Part shown: positions 12,440-23,365 of the stretch, piece by piece | Numbering within the stretch: the first letter of the stretch is position 1 | Layout of the letters: each line of letters starts with the position of its first letter | Origin: Macrostomum lignano | Lineage: Eukaryota | DNA length: 64,000 nucleotides | Direction of reading: 5' to 3' | NCBI GenBank assembly: GCA_002269645.1 | Contig: NIVC01001571.1 | Span: 11,970-75,969 of the forward strand | Translations under genes and position numbers: made by a program | The notes under the pieces: model-generated | The model's input: only the letters and a program-made list of their open reading frames with translations | What the model was told of the DNA's origin: nothing | The model's database searches: none

Positions 12440-13260
12440 TTGCGACTTAGTTGCTCCGTTTGCGACTTACCTAACCCTTTTGCGACTTACCTAATCCTTT
12501 TTGCGACTTACCTAATCCTTTTGCAACTTACCTAATCCTTTTTGCGACTTACCTAATCCTTTTGCGACTTGACCTAATCCTTTTTGCGACTTAGTTGCTC
12601 CTTTTGCGACTTACCTAATCCTTTTTGCAACTTAGTTGCTCCTTTTGCGACTTACCTAACCCTTTTGCGACTTACCTAATCCTTTTTGCGACTTACCTAA
12701 TCTTTTTGCGACTTGACCTAATCCTTTTTGCGACTTACCTAATCCTTTTGCAACTTACCTAATCCTTTTTGCGACTTACCTAATCCTTTTGCGACTTGAC
12801 CTAATCCTTTTTGCGACTTAGTTGCTCCTTTTGCGACTTACCTAATCCTTTTTGCAACTTAGTTGCTCCTTTTGCGACTTACCTAACCCTTTTGCGACTT
12901 ACCTAATCCTTTTTGCGACTTACCTAATCTTTTTGCGACTTGACCTAATCCTTTTTGCGACTTAGTTGCTCCTTTTGCGACTTACCTAATCCTTTTGCGA
13001 CTTACCTAATCCTTTTTGCGACTTACCTAACCCTTTTGCAACTTACCTAATCCTTTTGCGACTTACCTAATCCTTTTTGCGACTTGACCTAATCCTTTTT
13101 GCGACTTAGTTGCTCCTTTTGCGACTTACCTAATCCTTTTTGCGACTTACCTAATCCTTTTGTGACTTACCTAATCCTTTTTGTGACTTACCTAATCCTT
13201 TTTGCGACTTGACCAAATCCTTTTTGCAACTTAGTTGCTCCTTTTGCAACTTACCTAATC
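12440..13260. repeat. ~20-21-bp tandem array (TTTTGCGACTTACCTAATCC) inside the 2.8-kb element
   Basis: About 40 units. The core TGCGACTTA equals the subterminal motif of the host element and the MITE. Confidence 0.92.
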
Positions 13261-13778
13261 ATTTGTGCAACTTAATTTCCTTCTGCTACAACTTGTTTTT
13301 CTTTTGCTTCACCATTTTACTTCCCTATATTGCTCTTTCCTCTTGCATTTTTTCGTTTTTGGTCAACTCAATTTTGCGACTTACCCTGGTCCACTACAAT
13401 TTACGGTAGCCGGATCGGCCAGCTCGGCCAGCAGTTGCGCATGTATGGTCCAGCCTATTGCCCTATTTACCCTTTTAGGCCTATACAAAAATTATTCAAC
13501 TTTATTTTAAAGCTGAGATCTAGAATTTCTAGGGTCTAGGCCTAGTTGATAATAGGACCTATACAAATACAAACACATTGCATATTAACACTTAGAGACT
13601 AGAGGCCCCTAGGCTAGGCCTAGGGTAGGCCTAACTAAATATTGCATATAATATTATTACTAAAATTGTTATAATCTTAGCCTGTGGCCCAATTAGGCTA
13701 GAGGCCTAGGGCTAGGCTAAAAATTTTAACTTATATGTCCCCTATATATTGCATTGGTATGATGTAGAATTGTAGGCC

Positions 13779-14345
13779 CCATAGTCAGGAAGGTGTCCTA
13801 TACGCTAGAAAATTCCAGCATGCATTTACATTAGATAAATTTTGGCATACATTATTGGCGTGCAAATTTTGGTATGCCAAAATGATTGGCATACCTATTG
13901 GATAGCATCCTTGTACGCCATACAAAGGGTTATTGTTCAAATTGCTTTGTTGTGTCGTGATAATACAATACTGAAATACGTGAAGTAAAAAAAATGATAA
14001 AAAAATTGATATTAAAAATCTTTTTTAGTTATCTTACTTTTTTAGAATTTTATGCTCAAGGGGAAATTTATTTATAAAGTAAATTTGCAAATATAATCTA
14101 AAATCCCCTCGCTTTTAATTAGTACAATTTTTACTTTGTTTATTAACATTCATTTTCCGTTACAGTTTAAAAATATATTAATTGTAATTTTTTAATAGCG
14201 ATTTATTACCGAATTTGGCATACAATTTGGCGTACCTGTAGAGTTTGGAAAATTGAGTTCCAAAAGATTGGCGTACATCAGCCTGCACATGAAGCCTTTC
14301 CTCGGCGTACATTCCAGGGTGTATGGGACACCTTCCTGACTATGG
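13779..14345. mobile_element. 567-bp MITE with CCATAGTCAGGAAGGTGTCC termini and 8-bp TSD
   Basis: 20-bp perfect TIR and perfect TSD TGTAGGCC (13771-13778, 14346-14353). Subterminal GTATGCCA/GTACGCCA motifs and an AT-rich core. Confidence 0.9.
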
Positions 14346-14956
14346 TGTAGGCCTACATACTGTCAAAATTGCCAGATAAAAATTTTAAGTAATTTCAAGT
14401 CAAACTTTCAAATTCGAAACAAAAGTCATGGCGTAAGAAAAAATGGAAAACCCCTTGTAGGCTAGGCTCTAGTCGTGGTAATTTTTACATGTATGCAGTG
14501 CTGTATGCCTGTATTATTGCCAATATTGGTATGCCTAGCCTAGTCTGTAACTCTGTAGCCTACCCATTGCCATTGGCATGAGTAAATTGTGGTCAAGATC
14601 CAGATGCTTGCTGAATTGAACAGTATTACAGTAGGCGGTAGGCCTATTTAGTAATACTATTTAGTTCGGTGTTTGGCCCCTTTTTACTAGGCTGGGCTCT
14701 AAACAAGTTCAAATTATAAGCACGATAATAAACCAAAATATAACAGTTCAATGTAAATGCATAAGAATATCGAGAATAACGAAAAGTTTACAAATAAATT
14801 TTAACCTTAAAGACTTCAGCTTAAGTATCAATCCATGGTCCATGGATCCACCAATGCAAAATTAATCGCATCGAAGTCCGTGAACGAGCTCTCGTGGGTG
14901 GCTTTTTTAAAACTCTGTAAGAAAGAAGAATTAAAACAAAGGTTACTGTAAGATTG

Positions 14957-15719
14957 TGTGGTAGTACGGTCTTTCACGGAGGTCTGAGACAGCTAATTTT
15001 TGCATGAACTTTTTGCAAAAACCCTTCCCCGTATCCCCTCTTCGATGACAAAATTTGTCGTTATCGCCTGTCCGTGGCCTGCCCCATTTGTTGTTCCTCC
15101 GGTCCTGTCCCTGTTTCCCGTGGCTGTCCCTCTCATTGACCCATCCTGTGTTTTATTTTGTTTTATCTGTTTTTCTGCGGGATTTCTCTCGTTGACCCAA
15201 CCAGTGGGCTCCCTTTCCTCTGGTTGACCCGCTGGTTGCTCCGCTCTCTGCCCCACTGTTTGCCCCATGCGTTGGCATTGTTCCCAACTACTTTTTATAT
15301 GGCCGTCCCGGCCGCATTTATTGCATGCTATTGCTCGTGCGCGCTCGTTTCTCTTGCTCTTATCCTTGTACGTTTACGTTTGTTCCTTTAAGTTCGAGTG
15401 TGAGCAATTGCGTTCTTCTTTATTTAGCTAATAGACCTTAAGTAATAGCGTCAGCCTTTGCGTAAACTACCAAGTACTTATTCAGCACCCTCGGCACAGC
15501 CGGATTAACTCTCGTTTCGTTTGTTGTAATACCTGTCGGCGACTAATAAACAACTAAATAGCACCTGCTCATTAATTATTTTCATTAAGTAATCGAAGCC
15601 CTTTATATTGTTTATCTTGAGTTATTTGCCCACGGGGCGTAGCAATCAATAAGTCTCAATCTCAAAGAAAGCTCTGAGACCTAAACGTTCCGTAATACAA
15701 AATTACGGTGGTGGCAGCG
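14957..15719 (+). mobile_element. Putative LTR end plus primer-binding site of a truncated Ty3/Gypsy-like retrotransposon
   Basis: TGGTGGCAGCG at 15709-15719 is complementary to the 3' end of eukaryotic tRNA-Leu(AAG/UAG)+CCA. It is preceded by AATAAA (15545) and an ...AATTAC end. The left boundary is approximate; no gag/pol or second LTR is seen. Confidence 0.45.
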
Positions 15720-16429
15720 CTACTCTACTGAAAGTAACCAGCTCAGCATATCGACGCATTAATTTACGGTGTCAAGACTGCGGTGTCTACCATCTGAACG
15801 ACCGAGCCTGTTCAAGACCGCTCGACCGCGATTGCGACTACCCTCCCCAGGAATTGAGGACCCGGCAGACGGAGTATCAAAGGAGAAAAGCGTTTCGAAT
15901 CATTCAGTGAAACTTTCCGGCTTTACGAGTGCCGATCGAGATAACGAAGGCGGGAATTCAAAGTTCTAGAAACCGCGCGCCCAACCATCCACCGAAAAAA
16001 ATTTTCCTATTCTCCGCCCCACCTCAATTGCATTATTATATTATATAGTTTCTAAGATATTCTAAATTTATTATATCAACAAAAACAAATTTTACTTTAT
16101 TTTTCCAATCAAATTTGTATAAAAACGCCTTACATGTATTTGTATAAGGATGATCATCGAATCAGATTTACGAGCTAAAGGTGGTGTGGAGTGTGTAAGT
16201 TTTTTATTGCATAATTTGACTTGGAGTAGCAATTCAAGTGCAGGGGTGGGCGGGCGGCAAAATTATGAGGTGGAGCAAGCTACTGCAGGAGAGAGAATAA
16301 ACTGCGGGGTGGGGCTGCCATGGGATCTCAAAGATCGAATTGCTATTACATACATGTAGCTGGCTGCAGTCACGTACGCTGAACATATGGGAGCTTAGAA
16401 AACTATAGGGTTGACAGACGACAAGTAGA

Positions 16430-17350
16430 CAACAAATGGTAGTAGGGCACGGCGAGCAAGGAATTTAAACAATTAATCGGAGATGAGAGATCGGGAGTAT
16501 ATCCGATCATCGCAGACTGCATGGGGTACGTGCAGTTCTTAAATGTACATTTCGCCTGATGAGCTTTCTTTGGTACCGGTATCCAAAAGCTGGGATTCTT
16601 TTTTGGAACTGTCGGCTGTTCGACTGAATCTCTATTGGCCGCTTTAAAGCATTGCTTAATTATAGCCGTCGAGGCGTTGAAAACAGATGTATGCTGCACA
16701 GGTCGCGTTTGGTCCTCTGCCGTTGCCGGCAGAGAATAGCTTCAGCCTAGCACCAGTCAGCACAGCCGACGTTGTGAGGCTCGCCCAAAAGTCACCGGGC
16801 GGGGAAGCGCGGGTCCAGACGAGGTGCCCATCGAGGCGCTGCGCATCCACTGTGTGGCCAGTGAGGTCGCAGGAGTGATGAATATCGCGTGCTCTTCGGT
16901 GAGGAGGCACCCAACGAATGGACCACGGCGCACATCGTCGCAGTTCCTAAGAAGCTGAGCACCACGAGGCTTGAAGAGCATCGAGGGATCTGCCCTAATT
17001 CAGTCCTGCGCTGTAAAGTTGTTCAACCGGATGCTGTTACATGTATCGCGGTTGCAGCTGGTGCTGGATCCATACCTTCGTCCTGAGCAGAACGGCTTCC
17101 GGCCCCATCGCGGCACAGTGACGCAGATCCTAGCTCTTCGGCGAGTCATCGAGAAAAGCACCGCGGATACGCCAACTGTCGATCCTGATTGTTATCTTCA
17201 TAGATTTCGAGAAGGCATTCGACTCGGTCGTCAGGTCTGTGCTCCCTAAGGTGCTCCGTGACGTGATGCATACAACGTGCCAGAGCAGCTGATTTCCGCC
17301 ATCATGGCGATGTACCGTGATACAAAAGCTGCTGCATCAACACCGGACGG
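16430..17350 (+). pseudogene. Degenerate non-LTR retrotransposon reverse transcriptase (RTE/L2/CR1-type)
   Basis: RT motifs split across three frames: EWTTAHIVAVPKK..HRGI (frame of ORF 16889), KLFNRML..PEQNGFRPHRGTVTQILALRRVIEK (ORF 16971) and VIFIDFEKAFDSV (17191-17229). Truncated before the YxDD motif. Confidence 0.85.
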
Positions 17351-17559
17351 CCTATGGGACATCCTCCGGGGGCGTTCATTCGCGACCTGGCCTTAAGGCG
17401 CGCCCTGTGACGCTAACTGTGTATTCTGTTGTTGTTGTTATTGTTGTTGTTAACATCCAATATGGCTCAAATTTGGAAAGGTGGAATTTTTTAGATTCGA
17501 GGGGAATCGTTAAGATCCCGATGGCTCAAAGGTGGAATTGTTGAGATTCGAGGGGAATC

Positions 17560-17975
17560 GTTAACATCGGCACTCATTTTGGCGTCGTAGGCACTCATTT
17601 TCGCGCCGCAGGCACTCTTTTTAGCGCCGTAGGCACTCATTTTCGCGCCGCAGGCACTCATTTTCGCGCCGCAGGCACTCATTTTAGCGCCGCAGGCACT
17701 CATTTTGGCGCCGCAGGCACTCATTTTGGCGCCGCAGGCACTCATTTTTGCGCCGCAGGCATTCATTTTAGCGCCGCAGGCACTCATTTTGGCGCCGCAG
17801 GCACTCATTTTGGCGCCGCAGGCACTCATTTTAGCACCGCAGGCACTCATTTTAGCACCGCAGGCACTCATTTTAGCACCACAGGCATTCATTTTAGCAC
17901 CGCAGGCACTCATTTTAGCACCGCAGACACTCATTTTGGCGCCGCAGACACTCATTTTGGCGCCGCAGGCACTAT
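17560..17975. repeat. 21-bp minisatellite (GGCACTCATTTTGGCGCCGCA)
   Basis: About 19 tandem units. ORFs 17491..17955 and 17705..18004 are its translations. Confidence 0.95.
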
Positions 17976-18307
17976 GTTTCGTCGCCCTGCAGCAAAATTA
18001 TTGATTTCCATAACGGGTCACAAGGTGTGGTGGGGGGACAAGGCATTGACATGCCCCCCATATCTTTTACTGGGGGGGACATGTCCCCCTTGCCCCCCCC
18101 TCGGTGGCGACGCTCCTGCTTATCAGATTTTATATCGTTTGCATTACTTTGTGTTAGACTTTGAAGAAAGCGCTGTAGAGCTCTCTATTAAACATTATAA
18201 TATTCTATAATGTTCTGTAAATTTCCACTGCCTGCGTCTTCCGAGGCTTTAACGTGAATTTAAACAACAATAACACCGGAGCTTGATCTCAAAATAATAT
18301 CAAAAAA

Positions 18308-18921
18308 GGGGTCGCCATCATAAGCTCGAAAAATCACATCGTCGAAAACAAGGCTCTATCACAAGCTCGAAAAGTCACAAGCTCGAAAATCATATCGTCG
18401 AAAACTAATTTAGCAACCATCATCACAAGCTCGAAAAGGCACAAGCTCTAACCCTAACCCCAAGGCACTAACCCTAACCCTAAGGCACCAGTACCCTAGC
18501 CTAACCCTAAACCATAACCCCTAAGGCACTACCCTAACCCCAACCCTAACCTAACCCTAGACCCTAACTTAAAGGTTATAAAGGCACTAGTTCTAACCCC
18601 GACCCTAACCCTAAACCCAAACCCTATGGCACAAGTTCTAACCCCGACCCCAACCCTAAACCCAAACCCTATGGCACAAGTTCTAACCCCGACCCTAACC
18701 CTAAACCCAAACCCTATGGCACAAGTTCTAACCCTAACCCTATTCGAGCTTGTGATGGTTGCTAAACTTTTCGACGATGTGATTTTTCGAGCTTACGACT
18801 TTTCGAGCTTGTGATGGTGGATGCTTTTCGACGATGTGATTTTTTGAGCTTACGACTTTTCGAGCCTGTGATGGTGGATGCTTTTCGACGATGTGATTTT
18901 TCGAGCTTGTGATGGGCCCCC
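18308..18921. mobile_element. ~610-bp TIR (foldback-like) element with internal telomere-like CCCTAA repeats
   Basis: Left end GGGG..CCATCATAAGCTCGAAAAATCACATCGTCGAAAA and right end TTTTCGACGATGTGATTTTTCGAGCTTGTGATGGGCCCCC. These modules are reiterated at both ends, CAAAAAA flanks both sides, and degenerate (CCCTAA)n lies at ~18445-18740. Confidence 0.7.
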
Positions 18922-19089
18922 CAAAAAAGCAAACAAATATATACGAATCCATATTTTTTATGCACATAACATCCATTCGGCTAAAAATCAATCAACTTAG
19001 GGAGAGCTTCATAGTTCATATTGTGTGTCAGCTATATTGTTTAGATATCTAGATAAAATTGCTGGTGGCAAAAAACCGAAGCTTGGTTG

Positions 19090-19470
19090 GGTCTGGGGCT
19101 TCACTAAATCAAGTAACATTGAGTACAGGTGTGATAGAACGTTGAAAATACAAACAAATATATAATTAGTGTGTCTGGGATTATCTTCACTAAATTAAGT
19201 AACATTGAGTACAGGTGTGATAGAACGTTGAAAATACAAACAAATATATAATTAGTGGGTCTGGGGTTATCTTCACTAAATTAAGTAACATTGAGTACAG
19301 GTGTGATAGAACGTTGAAAATACAAACAAATATATAATTAGTGTGTCTGGGATTATCTTCACTAAATTAAGTAACATTGAGTACAGGTGTGATAGAACGT
19401 TGAAAATACAAACAAATATATAATTAGTGGGTCTGGGGTTATCTTCACTAAATCAAGTACATGGAGTACA
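19090..19470. repeat. 86-bp tandem repeat, ~4.3 copies
   Basis: AAGTAACATTGAGTACAGG at 19111, 19197, 19283 and 19369, with a variant at ~19455. Confidence 0.95.
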
Positions 19471-20254
19471 GGTAGCTACGATTACAACGATAAAGACAGA
19501 CAGTAATTTATAATTTATGGACTGGGGCATCTTATTTTGAAATCAGTGTTATACTGAGTAGTACGGGTACATGCTATAAAAATGTTAATGCAACACAAAA
19601 TAAAGAGATTTAAAAAATATGTAGCGCAATGGACTCGGTTATCAAACAAATATAAATTCAACAATTGAGAATAGACAGTTAAAATATTGAAATATAGATC
19701 ATATTGCTAATCACTTTATTCAAGGAGTACAATGATGACTCTTCTTTAGTTTAATTTTTCCTGAGTCTTTCATTTCATTTATTTTTCAAAATTTCTATGC
19801 CCCCCATAATAAACAGTAGTAAAAAAATCTGCTTTCTCCAGAGCCTAATACTTCAAACTAACCCCAACTCTAATATTTATTCAAGACCAAACTACTAACA
19901 GTAGAAGCCAAAGAAAAACTGACATAAGGAAGTTCTATTCCAAAGAAAGGAGTCCAGCTTACTTCAGGATGAATACTGACTCCACCTTGCAGACCCTCTA
20001 ATAGACCGAGTGTACTATAGCGTTGTACATGTACTAAAAAACTAATAACAACTCAAAAACTGTTTTCAATCTCACAAAATTTGTAATATTTTATCGCTAT
20101 TTAATCGTCCGAAATAAATTGCTCAAAATTTTGAAGCATCACGCCTTCTTACTACCGGCAGTCCTTCCATTTGCCATTGTCTTACGTCTGATTCTTCGCA
20201 TGGTGCCGAGATCACAACAGAACCACCGCGTTTCGCCTTGCCTTCTTGTACCTT

Positions 20255-21966
20255 TCAAGCGTCCGCATCGAGAAGCTCCTCAGCTGGTCCTGGTTCGGGC
20301 CGATCCGCGGCCTCCTCGCCCTGCTGATCGAGCTGGCGCTGCCGTTTCTGAACAATTCTGAGGTGCACAGCGTGCATCTCTCTGTAGTTACGACTGATTT
20401 CTTCCGGATCAACGTAAACGGGGCCCATGTCCATCACGACGGCTGGTTCATCGTTGTTTTCGTCGCGCCACTTCAGCAGCTGGCACACATCGTTTCTGTA
20501 CTTTTTGTTCAGTACGATGAAGACTAAGAAGCTGGCAGCGCAGTCAACTGTGGCAGACAGATCGATCAGCGGCACAGAATAGTCCGGCAGTAACTTAAAC
20601 AAGTTGAAAGTGACGCAAACCATTCCAGGCAGCTCGAAGACAATGAAAACGACAGCGAGTCCCAGTACGATGTGCGTGGCGAGCAGATGGCTGGCGGCGT
20701 GAGCCTCGGCCTGGGCGGCGTCAACCTCGCCCGGTGGTCTGTTCCGTTGAATGAACAGCTTCAAAGCGGTGGCAACGGTAGTCAAGAAGATCACAGTGAT
20801 GGGCACGTATGTCTGCGGAGTTCGAGTGAGGTGCATTTGCACCTCCAACAGAAGGTACTCGCTACCATTCAGGAAAACGTTCCAGATGACGTAAGTCCCA
20901 GTCACAGAGATGAGCACGATCAGCATCACCACGACGAAGGCGTAACGTTGAAAGCGGCTCGTAATCCACTGCTGGAACAGGAACGGCTTGAAGGTGGCGA
21001 AGCAGCGGAACCCGCTGAGGCAGGCAGTCCACATGTTCCTGAGAGACAGGCTGTACGAAACCAAACAGTAGAGCAGCTGAAAGGAACAAACCCAGATTTT
21101 TCCTATTTACATGAATCATCTACTCGAATATGAAGTTGCTAATAAGCATATCAGGCTTTAATTTCGTAGAAACTTCTAACGACTTCTAAGATAGCATATA
21201 GAGGCAGCTACGAGCGTATGCCCGAAACTGTAGGAAAAATCACTGGAAAATTCCATCACAAGTCGAAAATTTTACAGCTTTTTTGGCGTCCCAGCTATTC
21301 CATGTTTTTAGGTAGAGGGTTAGGGGGTCCTGTATATGAGTCGAGATTTTATTCGGATAATGGAGCCTGATGGAGGCCCCGAACCAGAGGGGGTTACAAG
21401 ATGTAGGCGGGGGGTCTGTAGATGTTCAAAGATTCAGCTGAATCGACAGCGACACCACGCCCTTCTGTAATTCGTCTTCATTGCCTCTAAGCCCACGACG
21501 GCCCCCGAAGCTTCCAGGCCTGACAAGCCTTCTAGAATGAGAATGTCTAAAAAATGACTCGAAGACGTCAGGGGATTTAGAGATGATAATAACCTGCATT
21601 AAGCGGTTAAAACTTAACTATATATCTTCCGAGAGCGCATGTATGCACATAGAAACGAAAAAAACGCTCATTTGAAATTCGGACTCACTTCGAACATGAT
21701 GCCTCCTTCTTCGGTCTTCTCTGTCACTACAAGCATTATATCGTAAATTGCATAGCAACAGATGGACACCGTGAAAACCATATTGCTTATTTGCATTAGA
21801 TACAGGCCTGTGTTGACTTGCTGAGCCATCTGTGTTCGATTGTTCTTCAACAACATCACCGACATAACACCGTTCAGCAGACCAACAATGGCCAAAGGAA
21901 TGTTGATCCGCGAACGAGTATGTAACCGTTGGTGTACGTTGCGTTCGGTATTGTCTCGTTCATCAT
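20255..21966 (-). CDS. Divergent class A (rhodopsin-like) 7TM receptor, 2 exons (21966-21689, 21076-20255), with an apparent 1-nt frameshift near 21910
   Basis: Seven hydrophobic segments: TM1 INIPLAIVGLLNG, TM3 ending SGFRC (DRY position), TM6 VVFIVFELPG (FxxxxLP), TM7 SFLVFIVLNKKYR. Phase-0 GT-AG intron. The upstream MMNETIPNAT frame carries two N-glycosylation sequons but is offset by 1 nt. Confidence 0.7.
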
Positions 21967-22914
21967 TTCCACATGATTTAGTAACGGCAAAGTTTCTCTA
22001 GCTTTAGACATTACGGTGTTATCAACTTGAGCTTCTCTTATGCTACTGCATGGCTCCTCGGGGATAGCGCTTGAGTTTTAATGCACCCGACAATCTCTGA
22101 ACGAGCGGGCTGGGGTTGTACCCGATTTCTAATACCCCGATTGGCTGGTCTCGTCCGTTGTCATGTCTGCGCGTCTAGCCCAAAAACCTTCACTATTGGG
22201 TGCTCAAAAATCTACGGTTGTCTATCTCTTGGAGAGTCCGGGCCAGGCTCGCTGATTGGTCAATCGGTGAGGTATATGGCACACCATTCGAGCATTTCCA
22301 CCTCTAGTCCAGCTCAGCCCTTCCCCGTCCACACTCATGCTATGCATGGGTCTCTGAATTGTGACCCGCCCAATTCAAGGAAGAGCTAGCAAGCTGCTTC
22401 GTGGGGCTGCGTCGAACCAATGCTGGGAGGGGGTAGTGAGGAAAGGGCTGGCTAGCAGATAACTGAATCCCAAATGTGTCAATGCGTCTGACTCCCAAAT
22501 CCGAAGTCGTCGAAAGTACACATGCCCACACATGCTCTGGACTGCCCAGAGCTTGTCGGGTATGATAAGCGGGAGAGCGGCGACCCCCGAGGCGTACAGA
22601 TACTTCGGGGCGGAAGTGGATGGACTGGGAGCGTACAGACACTTGTCCAGCCCTACGGCAAGAGGGAGGTGCTGATGAGGAGGCTGCGAGCAAGTAGCTA
22701 CTCAGCAGGAAGCAGCAGCAGTGGTGAACACGAGACTGGAGGCGTATGGACACCTTGCAGACCCGAATAAAGAATGTGACGAGAGAAGAGAATTTGGAAG
22801 ATGACAAATTTTAAATGACAAGTAGACACAGTCTTACACTGTCACTTGACGCGCTTATACAGGGGCTAAGCCATGCAGGGCTGTTAGGGGTGGGCAAAAA
22901 TCACACAGTTGAAG

Positions 22915-23365
22915 GGCGAGAGAGAAAGAAGGGGGGAGGCTAGCCAATCAGGGTGCCTCCGCGGCGAGAGACATGATTGGATTAGCCCAAACGAGAGGGA
23001 AAGAAGGGGGAGGCTAGCCAATCAGGTGCCTCCGCGGCGAGAGACATGATTGGATTAGCCCAAACGAGAGGGAAAGAAGGGGGAGGCTAGCCAATCAGAT
23101 GCCTCCGTGGCGAGAGACATGATTGGACTGGCCCAAACGAGAGGGAAAGAAGGGGGAAGGCTAGCCAATCAGGTGCCTCCGCGGCGAGAGACATGATTGG
23201 ACTGGCCCAAACGAGAGGGAAAGAAGGGGGAAGCTAGCCAATCAGGGTGCCTCCGCGGCGAGAGACATGATTGGATTAGCCCAAACGAGAGGGAAAGAAG
23301 GGGGAAGGCTAGCCAATCAGGTGCCTCCGCGGCGAGAGACATGATTTGACTGGCCCAAACGAGAG
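22915..23365. repeat. ~73-74-bp tandem repeat (~6 copies) containing CCAATC and GATTGG motifs
   Basis: GCTAGCCAATCAGG at 22939, 23013, 23086 and onward. Confidence 0.93.

Larger units (their letters stand above)
10627..13447. mobile_element. 2.8-kb non-autonomous DNA transposon with CATACATGCGCAAC termini and 8-bp TSD (hAT- or P-like)
   Basis: Perfect 14-bp TIR CATACATGCGCAAC / GTTGCGCATGTATG and perfect TSD GTCCAGCC (10619-10626, 13448-13455). Interior holds CT-rich and GA-rich tracts, a nested MITE and a TGCGACTT tandem array. Confidence 0.9.

Noticed and set aside
18020-18118. GGGGGGACA../TGTCCCCCC..GGTGGCGACGCTCCTG, resembling a hAT MITE end (similar ends near 17405, 41620 and 44287)
   Set aside because: No partner TIR or TSD could be found, so no element could be delimited.
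18445-18740. True telomere or chromosome-fusion site
   Set aside because: The repeats are short, degenerate, in one orientation only and enclosed by TIRs.
19090-19470. 86-bp, 73-bp, 60-bp and 51-bp arrays as possible CRISPR arrays
   Set aside because: The units are repeated in full without unique spacers, there are no cas genes, and the context is eukaryotic.
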